From assembly GCA_016871995.1 (NCBI GenBank), contig VHBL01000006.1, forward strand, positions 1 to 32,000: a stretch of DNA of 32,000 nt. The letters run 5' to 3'. The notes below the pieces were generated by a model. The model made no database searches, was not told the DNA's origin, and worked only from the letters and a program-made list of their open reading frames with translations. Below, in pieces: positions 23,455 to 31,517 of this stretch (positions within the stretch are counted from its first letter, which is position 1; each line of letters opens with the position of its first letter). Both the position numbers and the translations under genes were made by a program. This stretch comes from Nitrososphaerota archaeon (GTDB taxonomy: Archaea; Thermoproteota; Nitrososphaeria; Nitrososphaerales; UBA57).

Positions 23455-24051
23455 TTATCCCAGCTTGAAACTGTAGAGGTCTGTGTATATAGGCCCTGCA
23501 GAGGTAAGTTCACTCTTTTTCAACTTGAACTCCTTGAGTTGTTGACCGCCAAACCGCATGGAGGAGTTGCTGCTAACAACATCTAGAATTTTCTCCCTGG
23601 CCTTCCCGCTTTTTATCCGTGCAACCGTTAGATGAGGTTCAAAAGGCTTGTCTGGCTTGAACCTTGAGCCTGAAAGTGCTTTCACGATGTTATCCGCTAT
23701 GACCTTCAAATTATTTGCTACGTTACCATCTACACCTACCCACACAACGGTTACCCTGTTGGGATTAGGAAACACTCCAGTCCCTACAAGTTCCCCCTCG
23801 AAAGCTTGCTGCTTGACAGCAAACAATCTCTCTTTCAATGACAATGTCTCTTCTTCGGAGACTTCGCCAAGGAATAAGAGGGTAAAATGCATGTTCTGTG
23901 TGTCCACTATTTTCACGTCTCCTCCTGTCTGTTTTATCTGCTCCTGAAACTTTTGTATCGCAGCAAGGGTTTCAGGGTTATCGATGTCCATGGCTATAAA
24001 GGCCCGCATTAACAATTCACAAAAGTAAGGAGTATTTATCGGTGAATCCAA
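23455..24051 (-). CDS. thpR: 2H-phosphoesterase, RNA 2',3'-cyclic phosphodiesterase / 2'-5' RNA ligase (ThpR/LigT)
   Basis: Two HxT motifs (HFTLLFLG and HLTVAR). The true start is probably the internal ATG giving MRAFIAMDI (about nt 24009). Confidence 0.85.
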   Translation of the reverse strand: MDSPINTPYFCELLMRAFIAMDIDNPETLAAIQKFQEQIKQTGGDVKIVDTQNMHFTLLFLGEVSEEETLSLKERLFAVKQQAFEGELVGTGVFPNPNRVTVVWVGVDGNVANNLKVIADNIVKALSGSRFKPDKPFEPHLTVARIKSGKAREKILDVVSSNSSMRFGGQQLKEFKLKKSELTSAGPIYTDLYSFKLG

Positions 24052-24095
24052 ATAGAAACGGTATTAAGATCGTTGTGTAATGGTTTTGGGTTCTA

Positions 24096-24656
24096 TTGAT
24101 TCAGCACAAGATTGTCTGCATCACTGGCATGCCAGGAGCTGGTAAATCTACGGTAGCAAGTATAGCTCAGTCTATAAGCTTTGAGATGATAAACATGGGT
24201 GATGCGGTCAGGGAGGAGGCCAGAAGACGGAATCTACAACCGTCAGATGCAAATCTAGGCAAGATCATGCTGTCACTGAGGAGAAAATATGGCAAATCTG
24301 CAGTTGCAGAACTATGTGCAGAAAAAATCAAGAATTCAAAAAGCAGTTATTTTGTAGTAGACGGGATAAGAAGCACCTATGAAATTGACGCCTTTAGAAA
24401 ACTTGGAAATGTTATCCTACTTTCAATACAGGCATCTCCAGCCACTCGATTCAGTTTTCTGACTTCGCGTAAGAGGAAGGATGCGCCTCTGGATGAGAAG
24501 TCTTTTGACTCGAGGGATTCAAGAGAGTTAAAGGTTGGAATTGGAGAAGCCATTGCCTTAGCAGACTTTGTTATAGTGAACAACGGAGTTACCATTGACG
24601 AATTAAAGAGGAAAGCGGAAGATTTCCTACGCCGTGTCAAAGAGGAAAAACAGTGA
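24096..24656 (+). CDS. UPF0200-type P-loop nucleotide/nucleoside kinase-like protein (dephospho-CoA-kinase-like fold, function unknown)
   Basis: 186 aa. A TTG start is required because the next Met lies inside the P-loop ITGMPGAGKST. The stop overlaps the GTG start of the next gene (GTGA). Confidence 0.7.
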   Translation: MIQHKIVCITGMPGAGKSTVASIAQSISFEMINMGDAVREEARRRNLQPSDANLGKIMLSLRRKYGKSAVAELCAEKIKNSKSSYFVVDGIRSTYEIDAFRKLGNVILLSIQASPATRFSFLTSRKRKDAPLDEKSFDSRDSRELKVGIGEAIALADFVIVNNGVTIDELKRKAEDFLRRVKEEKQ

Positions 24657-25060
24657 AGAACTTAGATGCAGTGGTTCAGGTAGAGGTTTCCGCACATCTT
24701 AACAATTCTGAAAGCCTCGAGAAACTCTCCGCAGCGATCGCTAACGTATTTACTGATTATCCAATTAAGCAAAATGAGAATTTTTTATTGGAATCAGACA
24801 GTGTTGGGAGTCTTTCAAAACTCTATGATTACATTAGATCTAAGCAGACAATAGGCGTGGTCCGAAGCAGGTTGTTGAGAAATCTTGCTGGAAATGAAAC
24901 CTTTCTGCTTTTGAACAGACAAGCAGCTTACGCTGGGTCTATTGTAATTTGCGATAGCGAGGCAGAATCGCCTTTGGGTGCCATCAAACTCACCCTAAGA
25001 TCTTCTGCCATTCCGAAAGTTATCGACTGGCTTGCACCTCGTCTGGATAGGGAACATTGA
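24653..25060 (+). CDS. UPF0201/COG1931-like predicted RNA-binding protein
   Basis: 135 aa. LNRQAAYAGSIV......SPLGAIKL......VIDWLAP matches the UPF0201 signature as I recall it. Translationally coupled to UPF0200. Confidence 0.65.
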   Translation: MKNLDAVVQVEVSAHLNNSESLEKLSAAIANVFTDYPIKQNENFLLESDSVGSLSKLYDYIRSKQTIGVVRSRLLRNLAGNETFLLLNRQAAYAGSIVICDSEAESPLGAIKLTLRSSAIPKVIDWLAPRLDREH

Positions 25061-25952
25061 TTCGCATCATGTCATCGGCTGCTATTGTGTCTGGATGAAC
25101 TTCTCGAGCCTCTTCGACAAGAGAAGAGACGTCTTTGTACCTTGAGCTGAAATGTGTCAAAACGAGTTTCTTGACCTGTGCCTTCTTTGCGAGTTGTGCA
25201 GCTTCCCTCGCAGTCGAATGGTATCTTTCAATGGCAAGTTCTGAATGTTTTTCGCTGAAGGTAGAATCGAATATGAGCAAATCTGCTCCTCTAAAGAATT
25301 TTACAAGCTTCTCTGTTGGTCTTGTATCGCCAGATATCCCTATCTTCCTGCTAGGCCTCTGATGACCCATTACGTCGCTCGGCTTGAATGTTTTTCCTTT
25401 GATCTTGATTTTTTTGCCGTGCTGAAGTATACCCCATCTTTCCTTCGGAATGCCAAGTTTGACCGCCTTTTCTGGGTAGAAGACACCACCTCTGGGAAAC
25501 TCTTCCAGCAAATATGCATAATTTATTGTGGTATGCATTCCTTGGCAAGCTTTGATAGCATATTCGTCCGTCCTGACGATAATCCCCGCTTTTACTTCCT
25601 TGACAATCAGCTCATAAGTAAGGCCGAAACCCAGAATCTCCCTGTTTCTCTTCACGAATTCGACTATGCCTTTGGGTCCAAAGACACGCACGGGTCTGCT
25701 TCTGTCGTACATTGCCATGCTCTGTAGAATTCCCAGCAACCCTATTGAATGGTCACCATGCATGTGGGTTACGAATATCTTTGTCTCCCTGTTCACGCCA
25801 ACTTTGGCATTAAGCAAGTTCCTCTGGGCACCTTCCCCAGCATCGAAAACCATGAGTTCTGGACCCCTTCTAATCGCTATGCAGCTCAACCCCCGTTCCT
25901 TGGTGGGAACTGCAGAGGATGTCCCCAGAAACACGATAGTGAGATCAACCAT
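25020..25952 (-). CDS. rnz: Ribonuclease Z (tRNA 3' endonuclease, metallo-beta-lactamase)
   Basis: 310 aa. FLGTSSAVPT, HMHGDH and a C-terminal LTHFSSRY. Confidence 0.9.
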   Translation of the reverse strand: MVDLTIVFLGTSSAVPTKERGLSCIAIRRGPELMVFDAGEGAQRNLLNAKVGVNRETKIFVTHMHGDHSIGLLGILQSMAMYDRSRPVRVFGPKGIVEFVKRNREILGFGLTYELIVKEVKAGIIVRTDEYAIKACQGMHTTINYAYLLEEFPRGGVFYPEKAVKLGIPKERWGILQHGKKIKIKGKTFKPSDVMGHQRPSRKIGISGDTRPTEKLVKFFRGADLLIFDSTFSEKHSELAIERYHSTAREAAQLAKKAQVKKLVLTHFSSRYKDVSSLVEEAREVHPDTIAADDMMRINVPYPDEVQASR

Positions 25953-25961
25953 ATTCTAAAA

Positions 25962-27002
25962 TCACGAACTATGTTGGTATTCCGCAATTACCCTTGTAAG
26001 ACTCCTATGCACCCTTATCTTATGGTTAGCGATCATGCTGAAACCTTCTACAGAGAATTTCATGGGTTCAGGATAAACTAATACCATGCGCTTACCTGGT
26101 TCTAAAATATCTACAGCGCTCTTGAAGAAATCCTCTAACATTTCTCGGCTGCTATTGCCCGTGAACGCGGAAGTCTTGCCATAAGGAATGTCTGTTGCTA
26201 TCCCACTAACACTGTGTAATGGAAGGTTTCGTGCATCGGCCTGAACTACTGTGTAAGTCGGTAATCCTAAAGCTTTCAAGTTCAGCAGGGATCCTCTACA
26301 GAGTTCGTCAAAAATGTCTATTCCTACGGCATCAACTCCCATCAGTGTAGCTTCCGTGACAATGGTACCAGAGCCGCAGAAGGGATCAAGAAATGTTTCG
26401 CCTCCTCTGGCTTTAGTTAGATTGACCAAGCACCTTGCAAATTTAGGAAACAGAGCCGCTGCATAGAAAAACGGTCGTGTTTTTGGCCTCCTTCTTTCCC
26501 AATGCTGCTTGACCTTTTCTGCTAGAGAATAACCAAGATGTGCAATGCCATCCCTGATCGCAGCAACAAAAGTTGCGTCAGGACTTTTCATCGAAACCCT
26601 CAGTCTTGGATGATTTTGCTTGATTATTGCAGATATCTTCCTTTCTACTAAGACCGATGAAATGATGTTAGCAAGGTCGTAGCAGTCGATGCGGAACGTT
26701 TGGATATTCTCCACGATGCTAGATAGGTCAACGCTCTGAAGTTTTTGCAGGTTATCCAGTTTGGCACTACCTAAATTTTTGCAGCCTGCCAAAACATAAG
26801 ACCCCCTATCCAGAACTTCCTTTATGTTCTCTAGTTTCGTTGCTCGCAATGTTAGAAATCTGTTATTCCCAAACACTGCAGAAAAATCATTGCCGTAAGT
26901 TTCGAGCAAGGCATAAAGCTCAGAATGTGCCAGTGTTCCTCCATCTCCAGAAAAGACAAAGAAATATTCATCCTCAGGCCCCAGATTATTATAAATTATC
27001 AA
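25962..27002 (-). CDS. THUMP-domain tRNA guanine-N2 methyltransferase (Trm-G10/Trm11 family)
   Basis: 346 aa. SAM motif I DPFCGSGTI and motif IV TDIPYG, with an N-terminal THUMP-like region. Confidence 0.8.
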   Translation of the reverse strand: MIIYNNLGPEDEYFFVFSGDGGTLAHSELYALLETYGNDFSAVFGNNRFLTLRATKLENIKEVLDRGSYVLAGCKNLGSAKLDNLQKLQSVDLSSIVENIQTFRIDCYDLANIISSVLVERKISAIIKQNHPRLRVSMKSPDATFVAAIRDGIAHLGYSLAEKVKQHWERRRPKTRPFFYAAALFPKFARCLVNLTKARGGETFLDPFCGSGTIVTEATLMGVDAVGIDIFDELCRGSLLNLKALGLPTYTVVQADARNLPLHSVSGIATDIPYGKTSAFTGNSSREMLEDFFKSAVDILEPGKRMVLVYPEPMKFSVEGFSMIANHKIRVHRSLTRVIAEYQHSS

Positions 27003-27901
27003 CTGCTTTCAAGGCTTTTGTAGTGTTCCGCTATCATCGGGGCAACATCTATTTTACTTGCTGGGCTGGGAACCGAATTCGTTGCTATCACTTCTTCTAC
27101 ACCTGAAGCCAAGATTTCTTGCATTGCATTACCCAATAATAGCGCATGGGTACACAAAGTAATGATTCTTCCTGCACCGTTTTTCTTCAGAAACCTAGTT
27201 GCTCTTTGTATGCTTGTGCCTGTACTTATCATGTCATCGACAATGATCAAATCCCTGCCCTCCAATGGAGGTATGCTGTCCTCTATTGTAACCTCACCAG
27301 TAACCCTGTCACGAACCTTCTTCAACGAAATACTTTCAAGATTGAGCAGCTTTGCAAATGCCTGAACCCTGTTCTGTCCTCCATAGTCTGGAGAAAGTGC
27401 CAATGGGTTTGAAAACTCGAAGTTCTTCCTGACATGCTCTGCAAGAAGTGGAATGGCTGAAGCGCTGTAGGCTGGAAATGTGAAATATCCTAAACCTCTG
27501 GTGCTGTGTATGTCGATCGTCAAAAGAGACTTTATGCCTGCCGAGCGCAATAAATGCGATAAAACGCCAAGACTGATTACTTCGCCTTTCTGGAACTCTC
27601 TGTCCTGCCTTGCATAGGCCAAGTATGGAATGAATGCGTAGACTTCTGCTCCCTCTTCACTTAGTTTGTGGCACAAAAGGAAGAGCTGCATAAGATGGGA
27701 ATCAGCAGGATAATATGTGCTTTGTACAACGATCACCTTCTTATTTCTCACGTCCGTAAGAAGGCGGACTTTGTTCTCCCCATCTGGGAAGACTTTGTAC
27801 TCAAGACTGACGGTTTCCGTATTTAGAGCCTTGGCCATCTTTTCACCCAGCTCGGGAGAGGCTGGTCCCGGGGCTACTAGCCAATTGCTCATCGCAGACA
27901 A
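26999..27901 (-). CDS. prs: Ribose-phosphate pyrophosphokinase
   Basis: 300 aa. PRPP-binding loop IIVDDMISTGTSI. The track start is TTG; the ATG at 27892 is more likely. 4-nt overlap with the downstream methyltransferase. Confidence 0.9.
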   Translation of the reverse strand: MSAMSNWLVAPGPASPELGEKMAKALNTETVSLEYKVFPDGENKVRLLTDVRNKKVIVVQSTYYPADSHLMQLFLLCHKLSEEGAEVYAFIPYLAYARQDREFQKGEVISLGVLSHLLRSAGIKSLLTIDIHSTRGLGYFTFPAYSASAIPLLAEHVRKNFEFSNPLALSPDYGGQNRVQAFAKLLNLESISLKKVRDRVTGEVTIEDSIPPLEGRDLIIVDDMISTGTSIQRATRFLKKNGAGRIITLCTHALLLGNAMQEILASGVEEVIATNSVPSPASKIDVAPMIAEHYKSLESS

Positions 27902-28042
27902 GAGAAGGGCGTTTGGAGCCCTTAATAACCCATATCCTAAAAATTTTTATGCATAGGATGCCGTAGTACTGGACTAATTTTTGGTTGTTGCAGGATTTTC
28001 TGCAGTTTCTTGAACTAATTCTGTCTTTACACGTGCAATAAA

Positions 28043-29368
28043 TCAGAAGTTTTCTAGCAGGTCTCCGCCTTCGTTCTTGAAGAGTTCATTTATTGTTTCG
28101 CCCTTCCGTATAAGTTGAATTTCCCCATTCATCCTGCGCATCAGAATTGGAGGTTTGGTCTGGCAGTGAAATGGCATATTGAAGACTATAGAATACGCCC
28201 CAATATTCTTGAAGACCACAAGTTTATCCTTTTCAGCACCAGCAAGATTGGACGCAGGCGAAGTTGGGAAGATGTCATATGTGTCGCAGAGCCTTCCTGC
28301 AAGATTTAGTTTCATCTCTTCAACCTTGTCAGACTTTGGAATCACTTCTTGGGGATACATCTGGTGCAATAAAGCAGCATCAAGGAGTAAATGATACCCT
28401 GCATCTACAATAATAAACTTCTGCCCTCCGTAGACCTTTGTATTTACAATCTTTGAAATTAATATTGCGGCTTCAGCAGCAAGATACCTCCCACTCTCGA
28501 TGAAGAGTGTGAATCTTGAACCAAGAGCCTCACAAAGCGCATTGAGCCTTCCTGCCACTAGCAGTCCGATCTCCTCTGGCATTGGTACAGGTGTACCATA
28601 GAATACTGGAGTTCCTCCCCCGATGTCAAGAACATTAATCTCAAGGTCAGGGACATCCTTCCGCATTTTAATAACAAATGCTTCAAGCTTGTCCAGTGCA
28701 TTGATGAAGCAAGTAGGATCCTCGATTTGTGAGCCGAGGTGGAAATGGAAGCCGTCAAATTTTAGTGATGGAGTAGCAACAATTTTTCTGATCATGTTCG
28801 TAGCGCTGTCAGTTGTATTTCCGTTGAACGGGACTCCAAACTTTCCGTGCCTGTATGAAGCTCTGACTTCTGCTTTTACGCCGACTTCTGGATTAATCCT
28901 AATCATCGTGCTTACTTGAATGCCGAGACCATCTGCAACTTCTATAAGATTGATAAGGCCGTTATAAGAACTTACGACGATTCTCTTGACACCAGATTTG
29001 ATTACTGTTTCGTACTCTGGTTTCTCCTCCGTTACACTAGTATAAATGACATTTTCTGCACCGCCTCCAGTTCTAAGGAAGAATTCCAACTCTCCTATTG
29101 ATGTCAAATCGAAGATGATGCCTTCTGACTGGAATACTTTCATCACTGCAGGATTGAAGTTGGCCTTTATCGAATATGCTACGCGTACTGGGCCGTTGAA
29201 GGTACTGTATGCATTCTCAAGCGTTGCTACTTTCTTTCGTAGTGTATACTCATCGATAATGTATATTGGAGTACCATATTTCTCGACGAGCTGCTGAATT
29301 TCCAGTTCTGAAAAAATTGGAATATACGAGTTGATCCGTGTTAACGGCTGATATGATGTTTCAACCAA
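28043..29368 (-). CDS. lysA: PLP-dependent fold-III Orn/DAP/Arg decarboxylase, probably diaminopimelate decarboxylase
   Basis: 441 aa with a TTG start. PLP-Lys motif YSIKAN, plus HFHLGSQ, DIGGG, ESGRYL and CDTYD. Confidence 0.75.
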   Translation of the reverse strand: MVETSYQPLTRINSYIPIFSELEIQQLVEKYGTPIYIIDEYTLRKKVATLENAYSTFNGPVRVAYSIKANFNPAVMKVFQSEGIIFDLTSIGELEFFLRTGGGAENVIYTSVTEEKPEYETVIKSGVKRIVVSSYNGLINLIEVADGLGIQVSTMIRINPEVGVKAEVRASYRHGKFGVPFNGNTTDSATNMIRKIVATPSLKFDGFHFHLGSQIEDPTCFINALDKLEAFVIKMRKDVPDLEINVLDIGGGTPVFYGTPVPMPEEIGLLVAGRLNALCEALGSRFTLFIESGRYLAAEAAILISKIVNTKVYGGQKFIIVDAGYHLLLDAALLHQMYPQEVIPKSDKVEEMKLNLAGRLCDTYDIFPTSPASNLAGAEKDKLVVFKNIGAYSIVFNMPFHCQTKPPILMRRMNGEIQLIRKGETINELFKNEGGDLLENF

Positions 29369-29464
29369 TTTTGCTTGGTCATTTGCACTCCCTAGAAATT
29401 GCTTAAAAATATTATCCCTCTAGGAAATGAGGGAAGCCTCATTAAAATTGCTGTTGTATAAAGT

Positions 29465-29512
29465 AAAAAAAAGAAAATAAAAAATAGGCGTATGTAGAGT
29501 TAGGTTCGCCTA
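29465..29512 (-). terminator. Hairpin plus long oligo-T tract downstream of alba
   Basis: Read on the minus strand: alba stop, 5 nt, stem TAGGCG/CGCCTA (29507..29512 and 29485..29490) with a 16-nt loop, then TTTTTTATTTTCTTTTTTTT. Confidence 0.55.
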
Positions 29513-29517
29513 ATTTT

Positions 29518-29841
29518 CTACTTCTTGCCGATGATTATTTCGATCGTTGAAACGTTTCTTGCGTCTTGACCCTCTCCAACCCTCTCCGTATCTATCTTGA
29601 TATCCTTGATCGAATAGCTGTCTGCTCCCAGTCTTTTCGTAGTTATTTGAGCTACATCGGCCGCTCTTGCTATGGACATTCCTCGAGCCTTAATTACAAC
29701 TTCTCCCATTTGGGCAAGCTGAATCAATGCAGACATTGCGTAGCTCATAACTGGCTTTTTGCCTATATAGATGTGGTTCGGAGGTGAGGTCCTTGGAGGT
29801 CTTACCTCGGCTGTATTACTGGTTTCTGATGCTGTTGACAT
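29518..29841 (-). CDS. albA: Alba chromatin/RNA-binding protein
   Basis: 107 aa. IYIGKKPVMSYAMSALIQL...VVIKARGMSIARAADVAQI, with a ~20-aa Ser/Thr/Pro-rich N-terminal extension. Confidence 0.9.
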   Translation of the reverse strand: MSTASETSNTAEVRPPRTSPPNHIYIGKKPVMSYAMSALIQLAQMGEVVIKARGMSIARAADVAQITTKRLGADSYSIKDIKIDTERVGEGQDARNVSTIEIIIGKK

Positions 29842-29936
29842 GTTTGATCTAAATGAAATAAACTTGGTTCTAATTATATAAAGATACTGTGATAGGCTTT
29901 AGGAAGCGTTATATTGTATTGCTCCGATTGTAATGA

Positions 29937-30368
29937 TGGTGCAAATTTCTGCCGTCCGAACAATATGATGCTTTACTTCATAGGTTAAGCGACAATCTGA
30001 AGAAGGTTACTACCGTTGGTAAGGTTACAAGACTTCAAGTCCCTAATCCAAGCGTATTCTGGATAGGTAATAAGAGCATATTCAGGAACTTTAGTGAATT
30101 CCCCAAGATTCTCCGAAGGGATGCAAACCATCTGTTGATGTTCCTTGCAAAGGAGCTTGCAACTGCTGCTTCTCAGGATGGTGACAGGGCCATATTTATA
30201 GGAAGAAAGGATCCCCAGTCGTTTTCTGTTCTAATCAACAGGTACATGAAGCGTTTTGTTATTTGTCCTGTGTGTGGCAGCCCCGATACACATCCAGACA
30301 AGGAGCACAGAGTCCAGATTTTGATCTGTGAAGCTTGTGGCGCTAGATCTCCTACTGGGCAAGGTTAA
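29937..30368 (+). CDS. eif2b: Translation initiation factor aIF2 beta subunit; start codon unresolved
   Basis: A continuous open frame gives LPSEQYDALLHRL...RLQVPNP...IGNKSIFRNF.EF...LRRD..HLLMFLAKELAT...CPVCGSPDT...CEACGA. There is no in-frame ATG/GTG/TTG before 30135. Confidence 0.85.
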   Translation, partial: WCKFLPSEQYDALLHRLSDNLKKVTTVGKVTRLQVPNPSVFWIGNKSIFRNFSEFPKILRRDANHLLMFLAKELATAASQDGDRAIFIGRKDPQSFSVLINRYMKRFVICPVCGSPDTHPDKEHRVQILICEACGARSPTGQG

Positions 30369-30678
30369 TTTTGTGAAAGACGAATTCAGCATGAGGATTA
30401 TTGCAGGTAGTGAGGCTACCATAGTCAGCGTCTGCGATGCCGAATTGTTAGGTACCACTGTAAAAGGTGATGGCCTTGTGATGAATGTTTCGAAGGAATA
30501 TTATGGAGAGGAACTCGTCGGTGCAAATGATGCCCTGACGATGATAAAGAAATCGGACGTTGCCAACTTGGCAGGGGAGAGGATTGTAGATTTAGTCGTT
30601 AGTCATAATCTGGCTAGCGAAGAAGCGGTGAAATTTGTGGGCAAGACTGCCTTCCTTCTGATATACAGGTTTACTTAA
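30328..30678 (+). CDS. DUF424-family protein
   Basis: IVSVCDAELLG...YYGEE is a DUF424-like core. The real start is probably GTG 30373 or ATG 30391 rather than 30328, which would overlap aIF2beta. Confidence 0.65.
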   Translation: MKLVALDLLLGKVNFVKDEFSMRIIAGSEATIVSVCDAELLGTTVKGDGLVMNVSKEYYGEELVGANDALTMIKKSDVANLAGERIVDLVVSHNLASEEAVKFVGKTAFLLIYRFT

Positions 30679-30698
30679 TCTGCAGAACTGATCAAGTC

Positions 30699-31517
30699 TT
30701 GAATTCTGAAGAAAGTACAAATGAGATTGTCATGAAGAGAGCACTCAGGCAGGTATTCAAGCATGAGAAGGAGAACCGCTTCCTGACTAGAAGATCTGAA
30801 GATTTTCAGGTCATTGAAGAGGTCTTTGACAAGCCTACATTAATGACTCTCTATTCCATGATGAATTCTGGATTTTTTGCACACCTAAACGGCGTAGTAG
30901 GTTCTGGAAAGGAATCGAGGGTGTACTGGGGTGTCAGTAATGTGGGTAAGGACGTTGCAGTGAAGATTTACCTTATGGTTTCTGCAGACTACAAGAAAAG
31001 AACACTCTACATTTCTGGTGATCCTCGATTCAGAACTACGAAACGTTGGTCGCATAGATTGGTGGAAATCTGGGCTCAGAAAGAATTTAGAAATCTTAAA
31101 ACTGCATTTGTAAATAGCGTAAGAGTTCCAAGGCCTATTGCCGTCAGAAGAAATATCTTGGTTACAGAGTTCATTGGGGAGAGGGGAAAACCTCCACCAT
31201 TGCTTGCAGAAAGTGAGGTTACTAAATCTGACTACAAGAGCATCATTGAAATGATCACAAAGCTGTACAGGAAGGCGAAGTTAGTCCATGCAGACTTGTC
31301 GGAGTTTAATATATTCAAGGGAAGAGAGCTCGTTATATTCGATATGGGCTCTTCTGTCGATGTGCGACATCCTATGAGTCGAGAATTCTTGACACGGGAT
31401 TTAACCAACATTAACCGTTTCTTTTCTAAAAACAGAATACCTATAGTCCCGCTGGATGATCTTGTTAAGGAGATTGTTGGAGATGAGCTTTCGTCAATCA
31501 ATTCGAGTCCCGTCTGA
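30699..31517 (+). CDS. rio1: RIO1-type atypical serine protein kinase
   Basis: 272 aa. VGSGKESRVYWG, VAVKIY, HADLSEFNI and IFDMGSSV. Confidence 0.9.
   Translation: MNSEESTNEIVMKRALRQVFKHEKENRFLTRRSEDFQVIEEVFDKPTLMTLYSMMNSGFFAHLNGVVGSGKESRVYWGVSNVGKDVAVKIYLMVSADYKKRTLYISGDPRFRTTKRWSHRLVEIWAQKEFRNLKTAFVNSVRVPRPIAVRRNILVTEFIGERGKPPPLLAESEVTKSDYKSIIEMITKLYRKAKLVHADLSEFNIFKGRELVIFDMGSSVDVRHPMSREFLTRDLTNINRFFSKNRIPIVPLDDLVKEIVGDELSSINSSPV

Noticed and set aside
25245-25727. 160-aa plus-strand ORF inside rnz
   Set aside because: It is the antisense shadow of RNase Z and has no motifs.
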